From: Pseudomonadota bacterium | GTDB taxonomy: Bacteria; Bdellovibrionota_G; JALEGL01; DATDPG01 | Length of the DNA: 49,204 nt | Assembly: GCA_043804515.1 (NCBI GenBank) | Contig: JAZDIZ010000091.1 | Coordinates: 1-49,204 of the forward strand | Direction: 5' to 3' | In this document: in pieces, positions 9,634 through 18,628 of the stretch | Numbering within the stretch: the first letter of the stretch is position 1 | Layout of the letters: each line of letters begins with the position of its first letter | Notes under the pieces: generated by a model | The model's input: the letters and a program-made list of their open reading frames with translations, nothing else | Databases searched by the model: none | What the model was told of the DNA's origin: nothing | Program-made: the position numbers and the translations under genes

Positions 9634-9727
9634 GTTGACCTCTCCCTCGGGAGAAACTACGTTCTAGCAAATCAACGCCACCATTACAAAAGCCGTTTGT
9701 TCGACGCTCGGGCTCGCTCTCCCCGCG

Positions 9728-10345
9728 GTGCTCTTGTTGATGCAATTCACGGGATGCGCGAAGCGCGTGGAATCCTTTCGCCCGGGTGCCGTGAATGAGG
9801 GATACGCCTCCTGGTACGGACCGGAGTTCCACGGGAGGAAAACGGCGTCCGGCGAGGTGTACGACATGAACGCGTTCACCGGCGCCCACAAGCAGGCGCC
9901 CTTCGGGACACGGGTCCGGGTGACCAACCTCTCCAATGGAAGATCCACCGAAGTGAGAATCAACGATCGCGGACCGTTCATCCGCGGCCGGATCATCGAC
10001 TTGAGCTACGCGGCGGCCAGGGAAATCGGCCTTGTAGGGACAGGGACGGCGAGAGTGACGCTCGCATTTCTCGGAACGTCGGCCCCCGGCGTGAAGCCGC
10101 AACCCCGGCCCCCGGTGGCGGCCCGCGAGTACTTCCTTCAGGTGGGCTCGTTCCGCGAAAACCGGAATGCCGAGGCCCTTTTGGACGAGGCCCGGACGCG
10201 GTTTCCCGCCTTGCCCGCAAGGGTGGTCTCCGCCGAGGATCTTCATCGGGTCTGGTTCGGCCCGTTCGACGCGGAATCCGCCGCGCTCGATGCCCAGGCC
10301 AAACTCCAGGACGCCGGCTACGAAACCCTCCTCCTGACCCGGTGA
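9728..10345 (+). CDS. rlpA: Septal ring lytic transglycosylase RlpA (DPBB + SPOR)
   Basis: GYASWYG, GRKTASGE, VRINDRGPF, IIDLSYAAA; SPOR LQVGSF; true start may be further upstream. Confidence 0.92.
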   Translation: MLLLMQFTGCAKRVESFRPGAVNEGYASWYGPEFHGRKTASGEVYDMNAFTGAHKQAPFGTRVRVTNLSNGRSTEVRINDRGPFIRGRIIDLSYAAAREIGLVGTGTARVTLAFLGTSAPGVKPQPRPPVAAREYFLQVGSFRENRNAEALLDEARTRFPALPARVVSAEDLHRVWFGPFDAESAALDAQAKLQDAGYETLLLTR

Positions 10346-10405
10346 GTCCAACCGCGTCAGTGCCGAAGCCCCGCTTCTGCCCAGATTGCGTCTGATATGT
10401 GTGCT

Positions 10406-10478
10406 GGCGGGTGGGTTGTGCACCCCCACGGGCTGCGGCCCGTTAGTCCTCGCCGCGGGGACCCCCAACCCGCCCGCC
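10406..10478. repeat. Long GC-rich hairpin downstream of rlpA
   Basis: GGCGGGTGGGTTG ... CAACCCGCCCGCC imperfect inverted repeat. Confidence 0.55.
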
Positions 10479-10574
10479 GGAAGTTATTGGTCAGAGCGCC
10501 CTTCCGTGCTGTCGTGTTCAATCATCCCGCCGCTCACGTGACTCAGTCGGGACCTGCTCCGCGATGAAAAAAAT

Positions 10575-10750
10575 CATGTCGGCTCGCTGCGCACGCCTTC
10601 GCAGGCCAACCCCCGGCCTCCGATTTCTTTGCCTCTCCGTCGAAAGCCACTTCCGCGGCGCCCTATTTGCGGTCTCGGAGTCGCTCGCAAGTAGGGAGAC
10701 ACCCACAATGGGTGTCGTCATCATGGTGGCTCGCTGCCCACGCCCCCGCA
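10575..10750 (+). repeat. Repeat family B, copy 2 (10575-10622) and partial copy 3 (10722-10750)
   Basis: CATG..GCTCGCTGC(G/C)CACGCC occurs twice; copy 2 continues CCAACCCCCGGCC like 879-930. Confidence 0.65.
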
Positions 10751-10863
10751 AGGTGACATTCCGCCCTTTCAAGGCCTCCATCGTTCGTCTTATGCATCAC
10801 CTTTTTCCTTCCCGTGGAAAAGGGGTGCTGATTCGGGAGCCTAGAAGTGCTCCCCTGGTCTTG

Positions 10864-10918
10864 GCGGGTGGGAGCGGTGCTGGAGCGGAGGTCAGGCGCA
10901 GGCAGCGACCCAGCCCGC
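10864..10918 (+). repeat. Structured intergenic repeat family A, short copy
   Basis: CGGTGCTGGAGCGGAGGTCAGGCGCAGG matches the reverse complement of 17593-17620 at 27/28 positions. Confidence 0.75.
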
Positions 10919-11050
10919 TTGCACCTTTGACGCTCGACCGGCTTTGGCCTGTAGCCATAAAACAAGCGGTGGCGGGAGAAGGCTCGCAGATGGGTTGCGC
11001 CTGGCGTGCGGCTTTTACTTCGGGCCGATTCAGGCTATAAGGCGCGGACC

Positions 11051-11188
11051 ATGGCATCTCCATATCGCCGCACCAAGCGGAAGAGAAATCAGAAACGCGG
11101 GAAGATCGGCAAAGAGCGCAAGCGCCGGATCCGCTCCAAAGGCTCGACCCCGTCGCTGAAGAAACTTCTGGGACCCGTCCAGTCGTAA
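11051..11188 (+). CDS. 45-aa highly basic small protein
   Basis: MASPYRRTKRKRNQKRGKIGKERKRRIRSKGSTPSLKKLLG; TATAAG -10-like box just upstream; 18 nt before tmk. Confidence 0.7.
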   Translation: MASPYRRTKRKRNQKRGKIGKERKRRIRSKGSTPSLKKLLGPVQS

Positions 11189-11206
11189 CCTGCGGGTTTC
11201 GTTTTC

Positions 11207-11860
11207 GTGCCAAAACGGGCGTACTTCGTCACGTTGGAGGGAACCGAGGGAGTGGGGAAAAGTACCCAACTCCGCGCCCTGACATCTCACTTTCGCCACA
11301 AAGGCCTGCGCGTTCTCGTCACTCGGGAACCGGGCGGAAGCCCGCTTAGTGACAGCATCCGGGGCGTTCTCTTAAAGAGCGGTGGTTTCCATATCGACCC
11401 GGTGTCCGAACTCCTTCTGATCGAGGCGGCGCGCCGGCAGCACGTCACGGACGTCCTCGAAAAGGCCCTCGTTCAAAACGACCTGGTGATCTGCGACCGA
11501 TTTACCGACTCGACGCTCGCCTACCAGGGGGGCGGCCGGCAACTCGATCTTTCCTGGCTCCGAAAGCTCAATCGATGGGTCACGGGCGGCTTGGTGCCCG
11601 ATCTCACCATCCTCTTGGACATGCCGGTGGATTCGGCACTGAAGAGGGCCATGAAGCGCCTGGCGCACCACAGGCCGGGGGAGGCGGAGGACCGCTTCGA
11701 GCGGGAGAAGCGGGCGTTCCACTCCCGCGTGCGCGTGACTTATCTGGGCTTGGCTCGTGCGGAGCCGGCCCGTTTTTTCGTCGTGGATGCCTCCGAGCCG
11801 CCGAAAACGATCACTCGGGCAATCTTGGCGCGGCTTGAACCGCAGGTTTTGGGGCGATGA
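11207..11860 (+). CDS. tmk: Thymidylate kinase
   Basis: LEGTEGVGKSTQ, TREPGG, CDRFTDSTLAYQGGGR, DRFERE. Confidence 0.95.
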   Translation: MPKRAYFVTLEGTEGVGKSTQLRALTSHFRHKGLRVLVTREPGGSPLSDSIRGVLLKSGGFHIDPVSELLLIEAARRQHVTDVLEKALVQNDLVICDRFTDSTLAYQGGGRQLDLSWLRKLNRWVTGGLVPDLTILLDMPVDSALKRAMKRLAHHRPGEAEDRFEREKRAFHSRVRVTYLGLARAEPARFFVVDASEPPKTITRAILARLEPQVLGR

Positions 11861-12681
11861 TGACGGACGCCTGCGCCCGCTTGCACGCCATGATCCGCGC
11901 CCGCAGGCTCCCGCACGGCCTTCTTCTTTCCGGGCCCCGCTCTGGGGAGCTTCTCGGCGCGGCTTTTGATGTGGCGAGTCACCTCCTTTGCATAGAAGCG
12001 CCGGACCGGCGCCCGTGCGGGCGTTGCGCCGCGTGCCTGCGCGTACGTGAGGGCACACACCCGGACGTTCTGATTCTGGAGCCCGAAAAACAGGAGCTCA
12101 CGATGGAGCAGATCCGCCAGGCGCTGGGGTGGATCGCCCGGGGACCTTTCGAAGGTTCCTCCAAGGTCGCAATTTTCCAACGCGCGGAGACGCTCAACGC
12201 GTCCTCTTCCAACGCGCTGCTCAAAACGTTGGAAGAGCCTCCCGCGCACGCGGTTCTTTTCCTGCTTACTCACACTCCCGACGCGCTACTGCCCACCGTG
12301 CGCTCGCGCATCGCGCACATCCGATTCCCCTCCCCGGAGGAAACCGAGGCCCCCGGGGAAGAGCTCCCCGCGTGGCACGGCGATCTGACCGCTCTCTTCG
12401 AGCGCGGGACGCCTCCCCCATCGAGGGAGCTTTTTGAGCTGACCGAACGGATCGCCCGGGATCGGTTGGAGCTTCCCCATTTTTTCGCAGTCTTCGAGAG
12501 ACATCTTAAAAACCGGCTTGCGTTTCAGTTGAACGCGTCGGCCCCGGCAGGGGTACTTCGGCACATCGAGTCCATATTCGACCGCACGCTCCGGGCTGAA
12601 GGTGAGATCGTCCATCATTACGGAAACGCGGCGTTGGTGCTGGATCCCCTTCTCTTGGATTACTTCTCGGATGTTCACTGA
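11857..12681 (+). CDS. holB: DNA polymerase III subunit delta'
   Basis: CGRCAAC zinc module, HPDV, NALLKTLEEPP, LLPTVRSR; follows tmk. Confidence 0.9.
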   Translation: MMTDACARLHAMIRARRLPHGLLLSGPRSGELLGAAFDVASHLLCIEAPDRRPCGRCAACLRVREGTHPDVLILEPEKQELTMEQIRQALGWIARGPFEGSSKVAIFQRAETLNASSSNALLKTLEEPPAHAVLFLLTHTPDALLPTVRSRIAHIRFPSPEETEAPGEELPAWHGDLTALFERGTPPPSRELFELTERIARDRLELPHFFAVFERHLKNRLAFQLNASAPAGVLRHIESIFDRTLRAEGEIVHHYGNAALVLDPLLLDYFSDVH

Positions 12682-13444
12682 CTCCCACGCCCACCTGGAT
12701 TACGACTCGTACGATCAGGACCGCTCGGACATGCTCGCTCGCGCCCGGGCCGCAGGCGTAACCAAGATCCTGAGCGTCTCGCTCGGTCCGGAGCCGGAGC
12801 GATGGGAAAAAGCCGTGCGCCTGTTCGGATCCAGACCCGACGTGCGCCTGGCGTTCGGTGTTCACCCGCATGATGTCGCCCGGATCACCGAAGAGACCCC
12901 GATCCGCCTTCGGGAATATCTTGCGCGCCCCGATGCCGCCGCTCTGGGGGAGGTGGGGCTCGATTTCTTTCACGACCGGTCTTCGCGCGACGAGCAGATC
13001 CAGCACTTCGAAAACTTTCTGGATTTGGCCTTGGAGCTGGGCCTTCCCGTCAGCATTCATTCCCGCGATGCGTTCGAGGAAACCTACAGCGCCGTCCGCC
13101 GGCGCGATCTTTTCCGGCGGGTGGGAGGCGTCATGCACTGCTTCACCGGCACACTGGAGCAAGCCAAGAGCCTCGTGGACCTGGGGGCTCATATCGGGTT
13201 CTCGGGGATCGTGACGTTCAAGAACGCCGGCGGCCTCCGGGAGGTGCTCGGCTACGTGCCGATGGACCGGATTCTGATCGAGACCGACGCTCCTTTCCTC
13301 GCGCCGGACCCGTACCGCGGAAAGAGGAACGAGCCCGCCTACGTCGTGCGTGTGGCCCAGGCCGTCGCACAGATCAAGGCCCTTCCGATCGAGGAAGTGG
13401 GCCGCGTCACGTCTGAAAACGCCGCTCGTTTGTTCAATTTTTAA
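12671..13444 (+). CDS. tatD: TatD family hydrolase
   Basis: Start MFTDSHAHL; GVHPH, GEVGLD, IHSRDA, HCFTG, ETDAPFLAP. Confidence 0.93.
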   Translation: MFTDSHAHLDYDSYDQDRSDMLARARAAGVTKILSVSLGPEPERWEKAVRLFGSRPDVRLAFGVHPHDVARITEETPIRLREYLARPDAAALGEVGLDFFHDRSSRDEQIQHFENFLDLALELGLPVSIHSRDAFEETYSAVRRRDLFRRVGGVMHCFTGTLEQAKSLVDLGAHIGFSGIVTFKNAGGLREVLGYVPMDRILIETDAPFLAPDPYRGKRNEPAYVVRVAQAVAQIKALPIEEVGRVTSENAARLFNF

Positions 13445-13911
13445 AGAGCCGCGCTTTGCATCGAGGCGGGCGGGGGCGGGCTCGGCGACACCTCCGGCGT
13501 GGGAGCGACCGTCGGTAAAGGCGTCCCTACCGGCGAGGCTTCCGCGTTGGGTGTCGGCGACGGGCCAACCGTGGGTTCTTCCCATAGCGGTTTTTTCTCG
13601 TCCGCGTCCGGTTCGGCCTTTTCCGATGAAGGCTCCGGCCCTGCGGTAACCGCCTCCTCGGGGACCACCGTCACGACGGGCACTGGAGACGCCTTCGGCT
13701 TTTTCACGGATACGGCCGGCGGCGGCGTTAAAGGGGCCTGGGTAGGCTTCGGCGTGGGTTCCGCGCGGACCGCCACGCCGGGCGAAGGTGTCAGAGGAAC
13801 CTCCACGGACAACTCTTTTTCCCTGAACGGGCCGTTTTCGCAGGCGCAAAAAAAGGCCGCCAGAACGAGCGGACTACATCGAAAGAAAACGAAGCTCTTT
13901 GAATTTCGCAA
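13441..13911 (-). CDS. Pro/Thr-rich low-complexity putative lipoprotein
   Basis: TTG start 5 nt after GGAG; hydrophobic stretch ending FCAC; PTP-rich body. Confidence 0.6.
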   Translation of the reverse strand: MRNSKSFVFFRCSPLVLAAFFCACENGPFREKELSVEVPLTPSPGVAVRAEPTPKPTQAPLTPPPAVSVKKPKASPVPVVTVVPEEAVTAGPEPSSEKAEPDADEKKPLWEEPTVGPSPTPNAEASPVGTPLPTVAPTPEVSPSPPPPASMQSAAL

Positions 13912-15076
13912 GTGTGCTCCAGACACCGATTCCCAGGCCTTTTTGAAATCCAAGTTCGGGGGAGGGGTGCGTGATGGCCGATCTTGAAAGCTTGAAGACA
14001 ACTTTGTCCTCCACCGCCCCTTCAACCCATTCCGTGCCGACCCGGACCTCCAACTTGTACCATAGGAACCGTTCCAGCGAGAGATCCGAGCGGGTTCCTT
14101 CATAGCCCACGAGTTCGGATCGGTTGTTTTCCCAGCCTCCCAATACCCATACCAACGGTTTGCCGTCGCACACAAACAACACGACAAAGCCGTCCGGGCC
14201 GGCCACCTTCTTGGCCCACAACTGGAACCCGTACGAGCCTCCCAGCGTCAGATCCGGATAAATGAGAGAGCTCCCCCACGGCACGCCGGCGATCTCCCGC
14301 TCGGAGATGTACCACTCCCCTTGGGGCACCCATCCGTCGAGCGAATTGCCGTCGAACAACGGCCTCCACTCCCGCCCCATTTCGTCAATAATGCTCGTGG
14401 TGTCGTCGGCCGACGCGATTTCCAGGTCTTCCAAGTCGGTCGACGGAATCCGCACGATTTCCATCGCCGCCGTCTGTCTACGGCGGCCGGCGGTCCAGGC
14501 CGCCGCCAGCACGATCGCTGCAAGACCGACGATTGCGGACGCCAGCACCCAAAGGTGCAGGAATCCCCGGCCGTACGGGAAACCCGGAAGCAAGTACCCG
14601 ATCTTGAACGCGCCCAGCGGCGTGCGCTCCGACTGCGTCGCCGGCGGAAGGAGGGCGACGGAGTAAACGTCTAGATATTCGCCGGCGAAGCCTCCGTCCT
14701 TGCGGATAAGATGGGAGAGCGTTTCGGAGTCCCCGCGAGCGGCCAGGAACGCTGCGATCTTGGCACCGCCGGTTTCCAACCCTTTTGAATTTACCGCTCC
14801 GGAACGATAGCCGGTCCGATAGTTCGCCACCGCGACATACCCGATGCGGGGCTCCTCTTCGATTAGCCGTCGGTACATGTCCTCCGTCAAAGGCCTGCCG
14901 GTGGCCATGTGTGTCCCGACCGCGAGCGCCGTTTGCTTCGCCCTCGCTTCGGAACGCGATTCGTAGGAGGAAAGCCACGCCCGCCGGGCTACGCCGAGAG
15001 CCGCCAGAATCACCAATAGCGCGAGAGAGAAAAAAAACGAATTTCGGAGAAATCGGCTCTCGAGCCTGCGGGTCAC
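13874..15076 (-). CDS. Two-TM membrane protein with C-terminal DUF1080 (3-keto-disaccharide hydrolase-like) domain
   Basis: Two hydrophobic helices, then WRPLFDGNSLDGW...WY, GIGVWS and FKELRF. Confidence 0.75.
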   Translation of the reverse strand: MTRRLESRFLRNSFFFSLALLVILAALGVARRAWLSSYESRSEARAKQTALAVGTHMATGRPLTEDMYRRLIEEEPRIGYVAVANYRTGYRSGAVNSKGLETGGAKIAAFLAARGDSETLSHLIRKDGGFAGEYLDVYSVALLPPATQSERTPLGAFKIGYLLPGFPYGRGFLHLWVLASAIVGLAAIVLAAAWTAGRRRQTAAMEIVRIPSTDLEDLEIASADDTTSIIDEMGREWRPLFDGNSLDGWVPQGEWYISEREIAGVPWGSSLIYPDLTLGGSYGFQLWAKKVAGPDGFVVLFVCDGKPLVWVLGGWENNRSELVGYEGTRSDLSLERFLWYKLEVRVGTEWVEGAVEDKVVFKLSRSAITHPSPELGFQKGLGIGVWSTLAKFKELRFLSM

Positions 15077-15084
15077 GAGCTTTC

Positions 15085-15471
15085 TTACTCTTCCCCGGGA
15101 TCGGGAGCCGAAGCGATGATCTGCTCGATCACGGCAAGCATTGCCGGATTGGGATCCAGAAACCGGATGCCCGCTCCGTAGAGCTGGCGAGCGGCGTCCG
15201 TAGGATGGCTCATGGAGACCAAGCGCACCACCCGGCCTTTCACATGGAAGTCCCCGAGATCATTAGGAAAAGACATCAGAAGATCGATTTCGGCGTTGGG
15301 ATCCAGAAGCTGGTCCGTTTTCAGAAAAATCCCTCCCTTGCTGATATTCTTCGTGTATTCGGCCACCAGGTCTTGGACGGTACGAAAGGTCACCTGGACC
15401 TTGGCTTCAATACGCGGATACTTCCGTTTTTCCCGGGTGGACAATCTCTTCATTCCTACCGAAGCCCCCAT
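15085..15471 (-). CDS. PilZ domain protein (TIGR02266-like)
   Basis: RKYPR (RxxxR), NISKGG, GAGIRF. Confidence 0.9.
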   Translation of the reverse strand: MGASVGMKRLSTREKRKYPRIEAKVQVTFRTVQDLVAEYTKNISKGGIFLKTDQLLDPNAEIDLLMSFPNDLGDFHVKGRVVRLVSMSHPTDAARQLYGAGIRFLDPNPAMLAVIEQIIASAPDPGEE

Positions 15472-15525
15472 CGGATTGTCATCATCTTTTTTTAGTTATT
15501 CTAACATGTTAAAATACTACGTCGG

Positions 15526-16914
15526 TTGAGAATGCTGCGTTACGTTACAAGGGCCCCGCTGAGGGTATGGTTTGGCCTCACGGCCATCTTGCTTTCGGGA
15601 ATCCCGGTTTCCGCCTGGGCAGCCGCCAGTCCGCAAGCCGTGTCGAAACATTTGGTGGCCGCTTTTATTCAACAGACGGGCCGCAGAAGCCTCTCCACCC
15701 GGGTCGTGGAAAAAAACTACGTCGGCATGAAGATCCAAACCGTTGTGTTTGCCGTGGGGTCGCGGACGTACCGCGTGGTTTTCTCCTCCGATCATTCTGT
15801 GGCGGTATCGCTCAGTCGGGAAGGGGAGATCGGGGCACAACCGATCTGGACCACGCACGACCCGAACGTGACCGTGGAGGAAATCGTAAACATCATTTAC
15901 GCGCGTGAGTTCGGCCAGAAATACGAAGGATCTGGTGCGGCCCGTGTGTCTTCGGCGCCCGCGGCGGACGCTGCTTCCTCCCACGTGCGGGGGCCGTCCA
16001 ATTCGGGTGACGAGTTGCGTTGGGATCGCTTGATGAACCAGGTGATTCGCGGGGATCTCGGGGGGCTCGCACGCCTCGGAGGAGGGGATGCCGGCAAGGG
16101 CCTGGCTGAGGCCTCTTCGAAGGCTCGGATGATGAACCCCTGCGGCGGAAGCGGTTCCAAGTCCGGCTCGCAGCGCTCGGTCGTGAGCGACATAGCCCAG
16201 GCCCTCGCCACCGCTTCGTTCCCCAAGGCGGAAGGAATCGTGGCGAAGGCGGGGGGAACCATGGCGAACGACGCGCTCGCCGACCGGTCCAGGACGTACA
16301 AGAAGCAGGGGGTCTATTCGCTCACGAAAGATTTGGCTGCGCACAGCACGGCTACAAGGGATCAGGAGGCGCTGCGCCTGATCCAACAAAGCCGAAGCGA
16401 TGCGTACGACATTTTCCGCACCGCCCTCGCAGGCCCCGACTCGAGCACAAAGGATCCCTACGCCCTGGCGGCGGTCCGAAATTATCGGCCTGTCGCGCAG
16501 GCCTTGGGCACCGAACAGGGGAAGGCGTTGGTGGACTCGGTCCTGGCCAAAACGGTCGTGGATCTGGAGGCATTTACAAGGCTTCGTAAAGTCTCTCCCG
16601 GCGCCTCGGTAATTTACGACCGCACGTCGGACCAATTCTTTATCGATCCAACGCTTAACTCCCCGCCCCAAGCGCGGTATCTTCTCTCTTTAGCGGTCCT
16701 TTATGCGTGGAATTTTCAGCAGCCGGAAGTTAAGAATCTTTTGAAGCAGTATGAGGCGGCGGATCGAAGGGTTTCACGGATCGAAGATGCGATTTTGGAC
16801 GACAACGATCTTCAACAGCTGGCTTCCGCGCTCGCGGAGCGGGACCGCCTGTCGCAAGACCTGGCAACCGTCGCCACCAGGCTCCGCCGTGTGCCCGCGC
16901 GTCTTTCGCCGTAG
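15526..16914 (+). CDS. Hypothetical secreted protein
   Basis: 462-aa ORF, signal peptide (SAWA), helical C-terminus; no family recognised. Confidence 0.65.
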   Translation: MRMLRYVTRAPLRVWFGLTAILLSGIPVSAWAAASPQAVSKHLVAAFIQQTGRRSLSTRVVEKNYVGMKIQTVVFAVGSRTYRVVFSSDHSVAVSLSREGEIGAQPIWTTHDPNVTVEEIVNIIYAREFGQKYEGSGAARVSSAPAADAASSHVRGPSNSGDELRWDRLMNQVIRGDLGGLARLGGGDAGKGLAEASSKARMMNPCGGSGSKSGSQRSVVSDIAQALATASFPKAEGIVAKAGGTMANDALADRSRTYKKQGVYSLTKDLAAHSTATRDQEALRLIQQSRSDAYDIFRTALAGPDSSTKDPYALAAVRNYRPVAQALGTEQGKALVDSVLAKTVVDLEAFTRLRKVSPGASVIYDRTSDQFFIDPTLNSPPQARYLLSLAVLYAWNFQQPEVKNLLKQYEAADRRVSRIEDAILDDNDLQQLASALAERDRLSQDLATVATRLRRVPARLSP

Positions 16915-17497
16915 CCTCGCGGCGTTTCTCGCCGCAGCTTTTCTGTCCGTTCCTGCCTTCGCCAAGACCGACGACCGCTCGCGGGCCATGGCGGCCGTGC
17001 GGGAGACTTTTCCGGATTGCTCGTCCTGTCTTCTCTTCGCCGTCCCCACACAGGGGGCGCTGATTCACCGGCACTCGCTCTTCGTCGTGTCCACGCTGGA
17101 CCGCACGCCCTCGCCGATATGGACCGTAGCGGTCTCCCCCGCCGGGAAGACATACCTTCTTTCGTATCGCGACCCCAAGGATTGGACCGCGATGATCAAG
17201 GGGGAGGGCCTTTCCCTGGGAAAGGATGATGACGTCCGGGCGTTCGCCAAAATGTTCGTGGACCTCGCCGTGGGACAGGCTCTTTTCATCCCCAAACTCA
17301 CACCCGCCGAGAGACAAAGGATCGAGAAGGCGGGAGGAAGGCCGTCCACCGCGGAGACCCGGATCGTGCGCGGGAAGGATCGGATCGGTATCACGTTCTA
17401 TGCCTACGCGAAGGATGTGTCCGGCGCGCTTCAATTCTGGAACCTCATCCTCACACCCAACGGCCAGATCACCAAAGCCGAGGTCAAAGAGTACTAA
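16889..17497 (+). CDS. Hypothetical secreted protein
   Basis: GTG start gives a signal peptide RRSLAAFLAAAFLSVPAFA. Confidence 0.65.
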   Translation: MCPRVFRRSLAAFLAAAFLSVPAFAKTDDRSRAMAAVRETFPDCSSCLLFAVPTQGALIHRHSLFVVSTLDRTPSPIWTVAVSPAGKTYLLSYRDPKDWTAMIKGEGLSLGKDDDVRAFAKMFVDLAVGQALFIPKLTPAERQRIEKAGGRPSTAETRIVRGKDRIGITFYAYAKDVSGALQFWNLILTPNGQITKAEVKEY

Positions 17498-17526
17498 ACG
17501 CCTTCGCTGTGCGAAGGCGTTGCTTA

Positions 17527-17633
17527 CAGGCGGGGCGGCTCGATGCCTACGCTCCGTGGCTCGGATCGCCTCACGTGAATCTGCACGGCGATCCTGCGCC
17601 TGACCTCCGCTCCGGCACCGTGCCACCCCGCTG
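17527..17633 (-). repeat. Structured intergenic repeat family A, long copy
   Basis: Terminal inverted arms and inner stem GGATCGCC/GGCGATCC; homologous to 39748-39836 and 10864-10918. Confidence 0.75.
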
Positions 17634-17791
17634 GTGAACATCGCTGGTGCGCCAAATTCGCCTAATTTAACTTCTCTTCCGCATGGATCTTCGCGCTGGG
17701 AGTGCTCCTTCGCAGGAGAAAAACCTTCTTCTCCTTCATGGCAAAGACGCCGTTTCCTTTGTGAATACCCCGGGCTAGGTACAATGACGTG

Positions 17792-18565
17792 ATGGCGGAA
17801 ACACGGCCCAGGGACGTCCGCAAAGAGTTTTGGGCGCGGACCAAGACGACGCTGTTCTGGCTTTTCGTGGTTTACGGCGTTCTGGGACTTCTCGTCTACA
17901 AAGTTCCGGAAATTCGCAAGTTCTTCGTGGAGGATTGGAACTCTTCGCGTCGTCCCGGCGAGTTCTCCCTGATAGCGCTTATCCTACCGGCCGTTCTTTT
18001 GTGCTACGCCCTTCTCCGATGCCCGGCCTGTGAAAAGCCCTACGCTATGCGCGGACGTTTCTGCAGAAATTGCGGGGCGCTTCTTTTGGGAGCGACGTTC
18101 CTGCCTTCGACCATCGCGCCTGATCTCGCACCGGCACCACCCACGTCTCTAGCGGGTCGGGATTTCTCGCCGCAAGCAGCCGACTGGCTCCGTCTCCGAC
18201 GTGCAGGCGTCCGTCTTAATATTTCGCTTATCGCGTTGGCGTCTTCGGTCTTTCTTTCATTTCTTATTATCTTGGGCGCCCGCGAGGTGTGGGGCGATAG
18301 CGCCGCGGTGGCGATCACCGTCACTTTCGGAATCGCGTGGGTCGCGCTCTTCATCTACGTTTTCTGGCACGCAATCGTCCGCATGCGCTTATGGTCCGGG
18401 GTCGGGAAATGCCCATCGTGCGGCCGATCATTAGTCTCCTATGGAACCCGGCGAGCCTGGCGAACACGGATTACTCAGCTGCCTCACCACTGTGGGTTCT
18501 GTGACGCCGATCTCGCGCCGTTGCTGGAGGCTCTTGAGACAGCCGAGCGCCGCGCCGGGCTCTGA
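17792..18565 (+). CDS. Membrane protein with two zinc-ribbon modules
   Basis: Four TM segments; CPAC..CRNC and CPSC..CGFC; TACAAT 6 nt before the ATG. Confidence 0.7.
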   Translation: MAETRPRDVRKEFWARTKTTLFWLFVVYGVLGLLVYKVPEIRKFFVEDWNSSRRPGEFSLIALILPAVLLCYALLRCPACEKPYAMRGRFCRNCGALLLGATFLPSTIAPDLAPAPPTSLAGRDFSPQAADWLRLRRAGVRLNISLIALASSVFLSFLIILGAREVWGDSAAVAITVTFGIAWVALFIYVFWHAIVRMRLWSGVGKCPSCGRSLVSYGTRRAWRTRITQLPHHCGFCDADLAPLLEALETAERRAGL

Positions 18566-18628
18566 CCCGCACGCTCTTCCTTTCTATTGTGGACCGACGT
18601 CGACAATGCGCCGACGCGGATGGCGATA

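Noticed and set aside
10564..11040. 158-aa ORF in the rlpA-tmk gap
   Set aside because: Runs through repeat families A and B; no motif and no gene-like composition.
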